Source of the DNA: Dudresnaya verticillata
Taxonomy: Eukaryota
Reading direction: 5' to 3'
Assembly (NCBI GenBank): GCA_977862235.1
Contig: OZ374564.1
Coordinates: forward strand, 620,001-684,000
Length of the DNA stretch: 64,000 nucleotides
In this document: piece after piece, positions 38,480-50,795 of the stretch
Layout of the letters: each line of letters opens with the position of its first letter
Position numbering within the stretch: the stretch's first letter is position 1
The notes under the pieces: model-generated
What the model saw: the letters and a program-made list of their open reading frames with translations, nothing else
The model's database searches: none
Told to the model about the DNA's origin: nothing
Program-made: the position numbers and the translations under genes

Positions 38480-39090
38480 GCAAGCGGCTTTCGAACGCTT
38501 TGCTGTCCTACGAGCAGTGCGCACGCACTCCGGCGCAGAGCCGTTGAGTGCGTGACAAGCGCGCGCACACTCCGGCGTGGAACCGTTGAGTACGTGTGGA
38601 CCGTTTCGCCCACGCGCGCCCCCGAGTTACCGTTACCCGTACGCGTCGACGCGTGTTGGGGCGCGCCGGCGCACCTCCCGGGTTGGTGCCGCCGCAGGCC
38701 CTGTAGTATATCTAATAGTCGCCCCTCTTGGCTTGAGTAAACCAGGCAAGCAAGCCTACGCCAGGCTTGCCCTTTCTGCTTTGGGTTTCTTTCCCAGTCC
38801 TTCGCCCTATGGCTCCCCTCTTTCCCTAGCTTCCTAGGCTCTTCTTTTCCTTTCCCTACCGTCGGCTTCGTGCCGCCCCACGACGGGGACGCAGGGATCC
38901 GGCCGCTGCCGTCCGTGTACGGTACGCCCCGTGCGCGCTCAGGCTTCGACGCCGTTGATCCGCGACCGTCGACGGCGCGTGCGGCCGAGACCACCGCTCT
39001 ACCACCACCGCTACCACCCTTCGACGGGTCTGGGTGCGACGGCGAGACCGGCCACGCTCGACGTCAGTTCGACCTGATGTCTACGCCACA
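38480..39090 (+). repeat. Probable solo LTR of a second Gypsy-like family, split by the 25071-38479 insertion (5' stub ~25039-25070)
   Basis: Ends CTACGCCACA, complementary to TGTTGTGTAG at 25039 (8/10); contains TAGTATAT...TGAGTAAACC..G.CAAGC and a pyrimidine tract like the 846-bp LTR. Confidence 0.55.
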
Positions 39091-39334
39091 ATTGAACAGG
39101 AACCAGAACGTGGTAGCGTTATCACACCCGGCTGTGACAAACATGGAGACTAGGATTGGTTGCATTCGAAGAAGAGCCGTAAAGTACAGAAACTGTAGCC
39201 TGGTTTGATGTCACATATACTGCACAGGGTACAGTAAACTACGTTACAACGCGTGTCTCAAACACAAAAATCTACAACACCCCGCCGGATCCGACTGGTA
39301 AACGCACCAGCGTTCTATTTCGGGCAATCCCGTA

Positions 39335-40030
39335 ATGGCGCTTTATGACGACGTCATCGATGTGAATGCCATTCTGGACACAGAAGAAGTCATGCCCGCG
39401 GAAAAAGTTACCGGAGTACCACTCGTCACGGGCGATACAGATGAAGAAACGTCGGGCAGTTGCCCTTCCTTGGCTTTATCCAGGGCAGCTCGGGGATCGC
39501 GAAAGGACGTCGCAGGACACGGTCCACTGCATTTGAATGAGTATGTATGGGAAGTAGAGAGTCTGAATGAGGCTATTCGGCGCGTGGGGAGAAGGAGGTT
39601 GTCGGAGCCATCGTTCTGGCTCATGAGCGGGGCTGTATTGTAGTGGGTATGAAGGAGCTGGATCTGCTCGATCGCAACCGTATCCGGTTCAGGGAGTTCT
39701 GCGATAGGGTGTAAGGAGGAATTGGGAAGAAAAAAGGCCTGCAAGAGTGTGTCGGAAAAGTACTTCACAGGGGAATTGAAGTTCTGGTACAGGAACAGGC
39801 ACTGGGACGATCAAAGGAGGAAGAAGAAGATGCTGACGGACCTTTGGAAATCGGCACACTGCGGGTGCATGGACGGCCCCAATGCTGAGGGCGGAGACTG
39901 ACGCTCGGCTAACATCATTCGGCGCCGCTACGGTTGCTGTGAGCAGAAGAAGGAACTGCTTAAACGTCTGGAACTCCTGAATCGGAGTTACGCAGACTGC
40001 CAGAAACTAAAGCGGATAGCGATGGATAGA
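39335..40030 (+). pseudogene. Unknown Cys-motif protein family 1, copy 2 (frameshift and stops)
   Basis: ESLNEAIRRVG...SEKYFTGELKFWYRNR...DLWKSAHCGCMDG...ANIIRRRYGCC. Confidence 0.75.
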
Positions 40031-40944
40031 AATGTCCGAGTGCACGGAGTAGGTACAAGATCCCCTGCAGGTCACTTCGTGCGAACTTAGAGAGCAGGGT
40101 GGAGGTGGGATGGCGGGAGGACTGTTACAGTAGTAAAGCGAAGACCTTCGGGATAATTTAATGTGCAATACAAAGACACCCACTGGGTCCCGGACCGAGT
40201 GCGGCGATATCCCTGGTACCCATGGGTACTGACAATGCCATTTGACAATGTGGTGGATACAGGATTGCGATTGGGAACAGGCGCGGGACTGGGAGACGGC
40301 GTAGGCCGAATGAGGCGAGTGCCGACGAATTGTGGATTGGGTGGCACATGCTTGTCGGTCGCGTTCGGCACTGGCAGTTCCTAGGCGCGACTCCGGAGTG
40401 GACTAGGGTAATTGCTTGGCACAGTACCTACGGCCCTGGGTGTGGCGGGGAAGCGTAGCAAATGCCCATCCTAACGGGAAATCGTCTAGTCGTGGCTTGG
40501 CGGAATCCAACAGGACAGCACCTGGGCACTGTACGCACGGCCCGGGATACGGTGCGCGAAAGACGAGTAAATTGTCTGCGGAAGCAGCGCACGAGGCCCT
40601 GGACGCGGTGCTCGAAAGCCGAGGAAATTGTGTGGGCGCAGCAGCGCACTTGGCCCTGGGGGCAGGGTTAGGGCGGCAGGAAAGTGCCTAGCGTAGTACT
40701 GACGGGCCTGGACGCGGGGCGTGAACAGCCCATGGGTACGGCATGGGTGCGGTTAGGACAGTGCCTGCGCGCTGCAGCGAGCGCCATGGGTGTGGTGCGC
40801 AAGTGAGGCTGGCAAGGGAAATGTGCGGGCGCAGAGCGCACGCGGCCCTGGGCGCGGCACGAGAGTGGGGCGGGCGTGGGCCAAGGCAATTTCTGGAAAG
40901 GATTCTGAGGAGGGGCAGGGGCGGCCCAGGGCCGGGCTGGGCGA

Positions 40945-41194
40945 ATGGGGAAATTCGGATTAAAATTGGTTGCAAAAATTATGAAAGTTGGAAAGTTTCG
41001 CGAACGTTTCAAAGAGTTTCGGCCGCACGGCGAAAAGCACGGAAACTGCTATAACTTTCGAAGGACACGTTCGTTTACAAAACGGTTTTCACCACTAAAC
41101 TCAGTCCACGCTCCACTGTCCAACGCAGTAAAGAAATATCTGTTCTGAAAAATTCTGTGAGGCACGAATACTTCTGCTACATCGGAAATCAGTG
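40945..41194 (+). repeat. Right-end TIR-like sequence of the putative DNA transposon family (diverged)
   Basis: GC-rich tract, then TTAAAATTG, GAAAGTTT blocks, CTATAACTTTC, AAACGGTTTTCACC, TAAAGAAA and a CGGAAATCAGTG|TTG terminus. Confidence 0.62.
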
Positions 41195-43430
41195 TTGCCC
41201 TTGGCGAGTGTCCGGTCGCGTTGCACCACAGTGCACAGGTGTGGTACCTGTGCCGATCCCGATCGGAGGATCACGCTCGGACTCGAGCGCGGCCCTGCTA
41301 CCTGCGTGGCGGCCAATGCTCCGTGATCCACGTGTCTATGGGTTGCACTCACGGCGGTTGAGGTACCCCGCGGTAGCGTGCGCCCGTGGACGTCGTCGAC
41401 TGCTGCGACCGAGCGAACGGCGTTTTCTCGCCAACGTTCAAAAGGGAGGGTCAGAACACCTCGGGGATACTGGCCCGTCGTAGACGGTATAACAGCGCCT
41501 TTGTAGAGTGAAGAAATTCTCTAAGAGTTTATTCCAGAGCTCAGCCGTACTGCTGAGCCCCAGTGGCTATCTTCTGTAGCTCAAGAGTTGTAGCGATACG
41601 CAAACTAAAACAATAAAACCCCACAAAGCGCCGTAAAAGAGAAGTAGACTTGATGAATGCAAGGGCGGGAGGGTGGGACAAAAGAAAATAGACTTGCCGA
41701 GGTGGCGAGGGGGACAAGACGACGACACCCAAATGTGCGAGGCCGGCGGCGGGTTGCGACGGCGGCGGCAGGGTTTGGACGCGTGTCAAGACCCTCTTGG
41801 TCACACGTGGCAGAGCACGTTATCTTCCAATCCGAGAGCCCTTCAGGTGTAAACACTTGTGTTCACATGTCTGATCAGAGATGGCCATAACATATTCAAC
41901 GTTTAATCCGTTTTGGTCGTCATTTTCCTCCCCACCGGTATCAGTCGCCGATTTATCTGAATACACATGCTCCACCACGCTTGCTACCGTCATGCATGCC
42001 TGGTCGGCGATTACGGTTAGTTTCTTTGGCTGTTTGCCAATTCTAAAATCCGATCCTTCTTTCAATATTCAGTTTGGAGTTTGATTTGAAAGCCCTAAAT
42101 CTCTGCCATCCTGGGCATATAACAGGAATTTTCAGTGCACACCACTCAATCACAGTATTCCCGCTGAGCCTTATAAGTCTGATCAATTGATACCTTCGCG
42201 TCCTGCCTTCGACAATGACGTATCATCTCTAAGCTGTGTACGTCTTCGCGTGGTTATTGGGCTTCCAGCGAGCCACAATTCTGCTTAGATGCACGTGTTG
42301 AGATCTGTAACAATGTTTTCTACACTACTTCTACGCGAAGAGAATAAAGAAAGGTTCATCAACATAAGAAGAATAGAGAACACACAGATGTGTTTACAAG
42401 CACTGGAAAAGACAGAAAAATAAATTACAGGGGATTTCAAAAGATACCAACGATTTCGAACATACTGTAGCAATTTCATCTCTGTTTAAAGTTAGAGTAG
42501 ACGGGCTGTAGTGCAATGAGAAGGGGCCACATCTGACTGACAGGAAAAAGGGAGTATGCAGGAATGAGCTACATTTTCTATTGAATTCTCAATCTCACAA
42601 GCTGATAATACAAACGGGTATGAAAAATACACCCGGTTAGTTTCAATTGGGGCCGCGGATAAATCTAAAGCAATTAGAGGGCAGAACCTTTTCCTAGCCC
42701 ATATGGCATGTTCCCTTTTGAAGCCAGTTGCGCGATCTATCTTGGTGGGCTGTGGGCGCAACATATTTTCCTTGGAAACTTGCGATACCTGTACCGGAAA
42801 AGTCTGACAGCTTTCGCTATTATCCTTCCACCTATAAAAAGGTCTGAGTATGATGTCTTTTTCGGAATTTGTAGCACCGAAGTCATTTTCATACTCCATT
42901 CTGATATTTAATGTACTGGAAATTATTTTCATCGCACAGTGCTTGCATACGAATATTTGCACTGGCCCGGCTGCGAGTTTAATTTCGTTACTGGGCTGTC
43001 ATGGATTGCGCATGCATTGCGGATAACTAGGACTGGCGGAATAGCAACAGTCCAAATGCAAGCAACTTTCGAAAGGTTTCGTTCGAGATGTACCTGCCGT
43101 TATCATTACGGATTGCCTCTTACCTGTCCCGAGGAAAGAGCCCTTTTGCCAGTAATTGAGGACTTGAAACACAATCCGATAGCGTTGACATTGACACTCC
43201 TGACTTGCGAACAGAACCCCGAAGTTGTCGCTTCCGCAACCCATACCGGTTGTGCCGCACTTGGCCTGAGATGAAGTCTACCATTGCAAGTAAATGGCGT
43301 AAATGTGTAGAAAAATGCGGTTCCCTCTTCCCCAGTACCCCATACTTCTAACGGGCCATGATGGATAGGCCCTTCCGCAATTCGTACGCCGGAAGAGGGA
43401 AAGCAGTTCGTATGAATGTAATAGAAGTAC

Positions 43431-43437
43431 TATAAAA
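43431..43437 (+). promoter_or_regulatory. Putative TATA box of NRT2
   Basis: TATAAAA ~125 bp upstream of the ATG, followed by a pyrimidine-rich leader. Confidence 0.55.
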
Positions 43438-43554
43438 GCACTGCCCCAAAAAGGTACGACTATCCTTCTCTCCGCAGAGCACCATCTATTCTTCTTCCTC
43501 GAATACCTGCGGAAAGAGGGAGTTGGGTTTCATTTCTTGTCAATAGTTCCAGGA

Positions 43555-44982
43555 ATGGCATCCGTCGAAGAAAAGGGCTCTACGCCCGAAGTGAATGATA
43601 CCGGGGATAAGTATGAATATTCTCTTCCGGTTGACGAGAATGGGAAATCGAAGATATTAAAGATCCTTTCCATTCGCCGCCCGCATATGCGAGCTTTCCA
43701 TTTCGCTTGGCTTTCATTCTTCCTCGCATTTTTCGGATGGTTTGCTCTCGCTCCTCTTCAGAAGGGAATTCGTGACCGTGAAGAAACTCCGTGGCTTACT
43801 GATAGCAACTTCAAGGCTCAGAACATTATTGCAGTTGCCGGAACCATCCTTATGCGACTGATAATTGGTCCGGTTTGCGACCGTTTCGGCCCACGCTTGG
43901 CACAGTCTACTCTTCTTGGCGTCTTTTCCATTCCCGTATTCCTGGTGGGAGTCTCCCAAAGCTACTGGCAGTGGGTCACCGCTCGCTTTTTCATTGGATT
44001 CATCGGTGCTACGTTTGTCGTTACCCAATTCTGGACTTCCATAATGTTCTCCGGAAACATTGTCGGAACTGCGAATGCTACGTCTGCGGGATGGGGTAAC
44101 CTGGGTGGTGGGGTGACCCAAGCAGTTATGCCCCAGATTTTTAATGGAATTGTCGCTGCTGGCGCCTCTAAGGACCGCGCTTGGCGCATTGCGATGGTGA
44201 TTCCGGGTGCTGCGCTCCTGATCACGTCAGTTGCCATGTTCTTCCTCTCCGATGATCTCCCGCAAGGAAACTACGCCGACCTTCATAAAGAGGGGAAGAA
44301 GGAGAAGACCAACCCCTTTGTTGCTATGGGACGTGCTTCATTGAACTGGAGGGTTTGGATTCTTTTCATACTGTACGCTGGATGCTTCGGAGTTGAGCTG
44401 ATCATGAATGGAAATTTGGCGACCTATTTCGGCGATCGTTTCGATCTCAGCCAAGGCATCGCAGGTGTGAGTGCTTCTCTTTTCGGTTTGATGAACCTTT
44501 TTGCTCGTTCTCTCGGAGGAATCTTCTCTGATCTCATGGCAAAGAGGTTTGGATTTCGTGGACGACTTTGGGCGTTCTTCGTCGTACAGTTTGCAGAAGG
44601 CTGCTTCTTCGTCCTCTTCTCTCGCATCGGTGTCTTCGGCGGTGCTCTTCCTGTCCTAATCGGTTTCTCTCTTTTCGTGCAGATGGCTGAGGGATGCACC
44701 TTCGGTATCGTTCCGTTCGTTGACCCACCCGCAACTGGAGCGGTTTCCGGTATCGTTGGTGCCGGTGGAAATTTCGGTGCTGTAACTGGCGGACTACTTC
44801 TCAACAGGGTAAAGGGCGACAAGGGTTCTGGTGTTGCAGATGGGTTCTTTATTCTTGGCTTTATTGTAATCGGATCTGCCTTCCTAATCCCCTTGCTGTA
44901 CTGGCCGCAGTACGGATCTATGTTCTTCCCCCCGTCGAGTGCAGCGAAGGTTGTTGAAGACGATAAGACTGAGGAAGAGTAA
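43555..44982 (+). CDS. NRT2: High-affinity nitrate/nitrite transporter, MFS NNP family (NRT2/NarK), intronless
   Basis: RPHMRAFH, CDRFGPR, nitrate signature VGTANATSAGWGNLGGG, FGVEL, NLFARSLGG, EGCTFGIVPFV, SGIVGAGGN; many hydrophobic helices; AATAAA at ~45026. Confidence 0.97.
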   Translation: MASVEEKGSTPEVNDTGDKYEYSLPVDENGKSKILKILSIRRPHMRAFHFAWLSFFLAFFGWFALAPLQKGIRDREETPWLTDSNFKAQNIIAVAGTILMRLIIGPVCDRFGPRLAQSTLLGVFSIPVFLVGVSQSYWQWVTARFFIGFIGATFVVTQFWTSIMFSGNIVGTANATSAGWGNLGGGVTQAVMPQIFNGIVAAGASKDRAWRIAMVIPGAALLITSVAMFFLSDDLPQGNYADLHKEGKKEKTNPFVAMGRASLNWRVWILFILYAGCFGVELIMNGNLATYFGDRFDLSQGIAGVSASLFGLMNLFARSLGGIFSDLMAKRFGFRGRLWAFFVVQFAEGCFFVLFSRIGVFGGALPVLIGFSLFVQMAEGCTFGIVPFVDPPATGAVSGIVGAGGNFGAVTGGLLLNRVKGDKGSGVADGFFILGFIVIGSAFLIPLLYWPQYGSMFFPPSSAAKVVEDDKTEEE

Positions 44983-45784
44983 CCTTCGTGAGGTTGTCAG
45001 GAAAAGTGCTATGATTTAGTGCGGGAATAAAGTGCTGAGCACATGATGCCTTATCTCCGTTTAGTAAAACCTTACCGCAGTCCAAATGTTCACATGGGGG
45101 CGCAACCATCCTTTTATCCCAACGTTGGAAGATGGCCCATGGTAACAAGCTTGAAAACGAAACGCCGACCTTAAATTCAGGAAATTTGGAGCTTTTCTCG
45201 GTGATAGCAAAATTATGACAACACCCCTCACAATGTAGTAAAGCATCCACACAATTACATAACAGGGAGCGACCAGTTCTCAGCAAAGGAAAACATTTTC
45301 TCAACTTCTGAGATTTTCCAGCATTCGCAGCAACCGCGGAGTGGAACTTAGACGCCAAACAATCACAATCACGACAGGCCATTTTCGAATATTAATGTGG
45401 GGTGTGTAATTCACCAACTGTTTTGCGAGTTTGAACGAAATAAAATATTGCCTGGAAACGCCATCAAATCTGTAACGGACAAGGGACACATTTTTAGTGT
45501 GGCGGCGTCTATACGCCTGATTGAAACATCACGAAGTGAACAAGATTAATGCTGGATAATTAGCTGCAAAACACTGATTACCATGCGATACAGCAAAATG
45601 GTGTTCAGCAGCTTCAAAAAAAGCAATATTTTGGCCCATGAGATACTCTTCTCACGGTAAGAATATTTAATTTATACCATGCTCGTCCGAATAATATCAC
45701 TTCTTAATTCAATAATTATTACAAGTTTGGACAATTATGCATCCCAGTACCGTTCTTATTTTCTGAGGCCACACCTCAATTAGA

Positions 45785-46010
45785 AATGATTTCGTCCGCT
45801 TCAGAATTTCCCGTTTCAAATAGAATAATAAAAACGCATTCTCTTACATGCATTCGACACAGGAGAACGAGCAGGTAACAACGACGAAACGCGTTTGCTC
45901 TAAACTATGGGTGTTCCCACGTCATGGTCGTCCGCTCATCACTAACTGCGCCCTTGAAATGCCCCGAATTCCCTCTGATATTTTCCGAAATTATTTCTCA
46001 GAAATTGCTC
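45785..46010 (+). repeat. Degenerate left-end TIR-like sequence
   Basis: TTCAGAA...TTCTCTTA...AACAACGACGAAACGCGTTTG...TTTTCCGAA is colinear with 47396-47652. Confidence 0.4.
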
Positions 46011-47395
46011 CAGGCCCCACCGGGGATCCGCGGTCCAGACCCGACTTGCCGCGATTTCCCACTGGGCCCAGGCCCCCCTTAAACACTCTGAAGTCTGCAA
46101 CTCCCACCGCATGTCCCATCGGGTCACATCTTACCTGCGCTCAGTTCTTGCTGGCAGCTATGTAGCTGTTCTTGTACCTTTCTTTGGGTTCAGCAACCTC
46201 GAAGAAAGGGCCGGCTAAATTTGTATTGGAGATCGTGTTCTCTCACCGCGCAGAGCTGCAGTCACCATCACGAGCATTGTGTGTTAAGAGAAACGCAAGC
46301 TTCGCATATGGCGCCTGGAAAGAACTCTGACTGTTATCTGTTCTGTCTAAACGCGCGAGGAGGCATCTAGAACATTTGCCGGGTGTAGACCACAACGGGG
46401 CGACAAGCGCTGCGGAAATAACCCCAAAAAACCTGGTCATTGCAGAATATGGGTCTTTCCTGTGATTCTGTGCACAAAAGTATTCAGCGCGTCGGTGTGG
46501 ATGCCCTAATCACTGCGATGATTACAGCGGAAGAAGGGAATCATATTAGTAGTCCGGAAGAACTCGGATTTACCTTATAGAGCAAAACAATATTTCCCAG
46601 TTTCAAAAAGCAACTTGATGGTGCGGAAGAGCATCGCCAGTCCCTGATGCGTTCTCCCGCTGCAGCGTAGCCCGCCGCTACGAAATGATACCCTAAATCC
46701 TCAAGTGCAGTACTGAAGCTGGGAACGCCTCCAATTTCTTGAGGAAGTGGCCCGTTTCAAAAGCAGTAGAGCGACTGTAATCTGCCTTGATTGCTATATG
46801 TACAGGTAAAGCAAGTATTAACCGCTCGACTATGATGATTCTGCCAATTACCCACCAGAACCAACTCTGTAGTTAGCTGTGTAAACCTCCTTGGACGGTA
46901 GCTATCCGCCGTAATTCTGTTAAACGCAACCGGTGACCCGACGTCTCACCGAGTACTAATACGTATTCTCTTCTACCTAGTGTTTATGTTCCTGATACTG
47001 GATCCCCCAGTAAGCTGTCTTACATAATCCATCAGTTGTTGAGAAAACATTTCTTGTGCAGCTCCCATTAGTTGTCGCGACATTCGCCTACCTTTTCGCG
47101 CATGACTACGGATCCTGGTATTGAGCCCTGCTCATGCCCTCCCTTACTGGCGAATGGTGTAGTTTCACATTCACCCTCTTCAGCGGCACCTCCCCCTTCC
47201 GGCCTTGCCCTCTTTCCCACAGGCTCTTCGTGTTCATTCGTATTTTTATTCAATTCGCGTTTTGTTCCTTCAGGCATTTCTCTTGCCACTGCATCGTCGG
47301 CTATTTCTCATGTCTTCAGGCCTGTAGCGGTCGCCCTTTCACTGAATCCATCACCTTCAACTCCCCCGATATGACCATCAGTCTCGTTCGGTGAA

Positions 47396-47652
47396 CACTA
47401 CTCTCGAGAAATTCAGAAACAACTTTGCAAAACAGTATCAAATTGTACCCCGATTTCTTTAGCTCTATGGAACCATGAGCGTGCGCTGAGAACAACGGTG
47501 GAATCCGTTTGTCTATAGCGTAACTAGTTCAGAAGTTACGGCGCACTAAACACAGTCTGTACCCCCCAAACGTTTCCGAAAGTTTCACACTTTTCCGAAT
47601 TTCTGTAAAACATTTTTAATTAGATTTTCCCTCGCCCTGTGCGCCCCCAGGG
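47396..47652 (+). repeat. Left terminal inverted repeat
   Basis: Reverse complement of 60575-60852, with roughly 15 substitutions and a few indels by eye; starts CACTAC. Confidence 0.92.
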
Positions 47653-48309
47653 ACGCCAGCACACTCGCCGCATCACCGCTGTCGCCCCCGCCCGCCGCCC
47701 TTGCATCGCGCCGTCCATGCACCGCCCCGTCCCCGCACCACACCGCGCGCACCACGCCGCCCCTGCACTACGCCACGCACACCACGCCTCGCGAACTATT
47801 GTCGTCACCCTCGCTCGCCGCCCCTGCACAATGCCGCGCGCACCATTGCCGTCGCCCCTGCTCCCCTCCCCTGCCCAAAGTGCCAGCCCTTCGCGTATTC
47901 GCGCACCCGGCCTGCCCGCGTCGGCCCTGTACATGATGTCAGGTACCTGAAGGGCGTCCCTGCGCGGCGACCGTGCTTGCCGAACAGGCACTTGACGTCC
48001 TTGCTAGGCGTCCCTGCTCACTGCGCACGGTTGCTCTACCTGCATGTGTCAATCCTGCGCACAAGCACTGCAGTCAGGACATGCACTGACAGACTGTAAC
48101 AGTACCCTCGCTTCATCCCTCCTCAGTCCGCCTCGCGCAACTTCCCCTTCTCGCTGCCGTCCCACGTGGGTGTACACCCAAGACCCCGTAATTCACTCCC
48201 ACTCTGCTCTTGTGCTCACCTTCTGTCTCGAACCAGTGGTATCGCAATGCACACCGTCCGTCGCCATTGCACGCTGCTGCGAAAACGCCACCTTTATCGT
48301 ATCTAAACT

Positions 48310-48984
48310 TCACCTTCTGCAGTACTCGTACGGGATAGTCCCAATACCCTTGATGATTTCTCTCATCTTTGCTGCATGCCTGCAGCAATTGTATCGCCTG
48401 CGGATGATGTTTGCCAGCCTTGGTGGTTCGTTCTGTTCTCCATTCTTAACCTCATCCATGCAACCGCAGTGCGGATCGATCCACGTGTCGCAGAGTTTCA
48501 CTTTCTTACTGCGCCTCTTGAACTCCCGCCATTCCCGCCCGTTATACGAGAACTTGTATTCCCCCCTGAAGAATCGCTCTGAATATGACTGTGGTCCTGA
48601 CTGTGTTGATTCTGCCCCGTACACACGTTCGTAGAACTCTTTGAGATTACTTCTGTCGTAGAGGTGCACACCGAGGTCTGCAAGGCCGAGTACCTCCTTC
48701 TTCACCTCGATGGCACTGCTCACTTCTCGAACAATGACATACTCTCCGATTCGCTGCACAGCCTCCTCAAGTGTCTCCCCAGGCTGGCAGTGCTTGTGAA
48801 GGTCGAGAATATGCATTCTGCCCTTCCCTGACGTTGTAGATTCCTCTTTGTTAAATTCTGGTTCCTGACCTGCGCCTGTCCCCGAATCAGGACTCCCTGC
48901 TGAGTGTTCGGGGTCACTCTCTTCTTCATCACTGCTGATTTGTATCGCCTCGTCCACTTCGATGGCCTGTGTGATGTCGCCCAT
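48310..48984 (-). CDS. Unknown Cys-motif protein family 1, copy 3 (most intact)
   Basis: MGDITQAIEV...ETLEEAVQRIG...LGLADLGVHLYD...FYERVYG...WIDPHCGCMD...RLANIIRRRYNCC. Confidence 0.75.
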   Translation of the reverse strand: MGDITQAIEVDEAIQISSDEEESDPEHSAGSPDSGTGAGQEPEFNKEESTTSGKGRMHILDLHKHCQPGETLEEAVQRIGEYVIVREVSSAIEVKKEVLGLADLGVHLYDRSNLKEFYERVYGAESTQSGPQSYSERFFRGEYKFSYNGREWREFKRRSKKVKLCDTWIDPHCGCMDEVKNGEQNEPPRLANIIRRRYNCCRHAAKMREIIKGIGTIPYEYCRR

Positions 48985-49000
48985 CTCTAACGTGCGCCAA

Positions 49001-50032
49001 TGTTGAGGACATGGTCGCTGGCGCCTCACGTCACGGGTCAGGCACCCCAGATGGCACCCTGTCACGCTGTCACCAAACCTTCCGGAGACGACAGCCCTTT
49101 TTCCGGGCTTCCAAAATCACGGCGCATTTAGGCCTCTTGCAAAAGCAACGTGAAACGGGCTTCTGATTGGTTGTTACAAACCGCCTCCATGGTCTATATG
49201 GCTTACAAGTGTTGTGCTGGAATTGGCGGTTATAACAGGAACGGCCAAGTGGAACGATCTGATTGGACCACATGGATGCACGTGGTATGGCATGGAATGG
49301 TACTGGTATGACGCGCACTGTACTCCACAAGTACATGTGAACGTGCCATGCAATGTGCTGATGGCGTCTGAGTTGGTACTGCAGGGACTTGCGCTACGTG
49401 AGCCTGGCTTGTGATATCAGCAGATGCAGTTGTCGTGCGGCCGACACGTTGGTTTACAGTTGCCACGTCGCTGTCGTGCGGCCGACACGTTGGTTTACAG
49501 TCGGCACGTAGCTGTCGTGCGGCCGACACGTTGGTTTACAGCTGCCACGTAGGCAAATCTGGGTGATTACGTGGTCAATGATCCAAGTTGGATATTCATG
49601 GACGGACTTCAGCTCGTAAGTGCGGCCACGTGGTGTGCAGTGTTGTCCGACAGCAGCCATGCGGGGACACTCGATACTTTCGAGTTCCCGCCCAAAGTTG
49701 GAGTACATATTATTGGCAGGAAATGCGGTCGCAAGAGGGATTGCTGATGTCAGCAGTTAGCAACACTGGTGTGCAAGTTCCCGCCCATTTTGGTGGCGGA
49801 TGTGAGTGTGCTGAGAGTATGATTTGGTAGATTTGATTGCTTTACTTTTTCCCGCCCATTTGACGGTAGGGATTTTGGGCGTATCTTTAATGATTTGTTT
49901 TGTTTGTGTTCACGCAGCAACTCATCCGAAAAGCTGATATAAGCCTTGTCGGATGGTCGACTGCAGTAAACGAAGTCAAGCGACTTCCATTTCTCATCTT
50001 GTTCAACTCCAACCTCTCCATATTCCTTTTCA
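49001..50032 (+). mobile_element. Copia solo LTR with a perfect 5-bp TSD (GCCAA)
   Basis: Same LTR as 2553-3626; GCCAA at 48996-49000 and 50033-50037; three 41-bp units. Confidence 0.97.
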
Positions 50033-50795
50033 GCCAAGGTCACTTTCCTCGTGCTGGCCAGAACGCGACCAATTCGTGTGCTAGGGGCCTTCGACATGTG
50101 CCATCTTGTAAGATCTGGAGAGTTCGGAATGCCGTACAAGTCTCCCGCAGTAGACTGTAATTTCTTCGCGTATGTGGAAGCACAGTACTAAGGTGCAATA
50201 ACCGGGATGTGACACGGAAAGGGCGTGTCCACACTTTTCAGATTCCCATGACGTAGTTCACAGTTCTGAAACTGATGGACATACCGGCCTCTGTACAGTG
50301 CTATTACGGCAACAGGATCAACGAGTTTCTCAGTAGGAGCGTTTCTGCTCCCGGTCTGAAACATATGGGGGAAGGATTGAGTACGACGAGGGCATTACCA
50401 ATAATTCTGGTGTGACTTCATATGCATATGCGTTGGACACATTCCTACTGTGAGATATGCCGCGAGCTATATTTGCCTTGTAATGCCCGCGGGAATGCGC
50501 GCTTTTTCGACTCTGTACGGTCACTATGGTGCCTCTAGCTCTCCCTGTCCGGGCATAACTGAGTTGTAGAGACTGCACATACTCCTGTGCCCGCAGGCCC
50601 CGAAGACTGGTTTCCGGTACAGTAAAGTGGCTTCGTTGTCACTGCTAGAGTGGTTTTGAAGCAGTAACAGTGCAAAAAGGAGTTTGATCCAGCCGATATC
50701 TCCTACCCAGTTACTGCACTTTCCCTAAGTCCGAAGTCAAGCAGTTCATCACGATCATCTCTTTGCACTTGCGACAGACCACCTGCATGTGCGCC

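Noticed and set aside
41200..43400. Short ORFs upstream of NRT2 (e.g. 42492-42962)
   Set aside because: Intergenic-looking composition with no motif support
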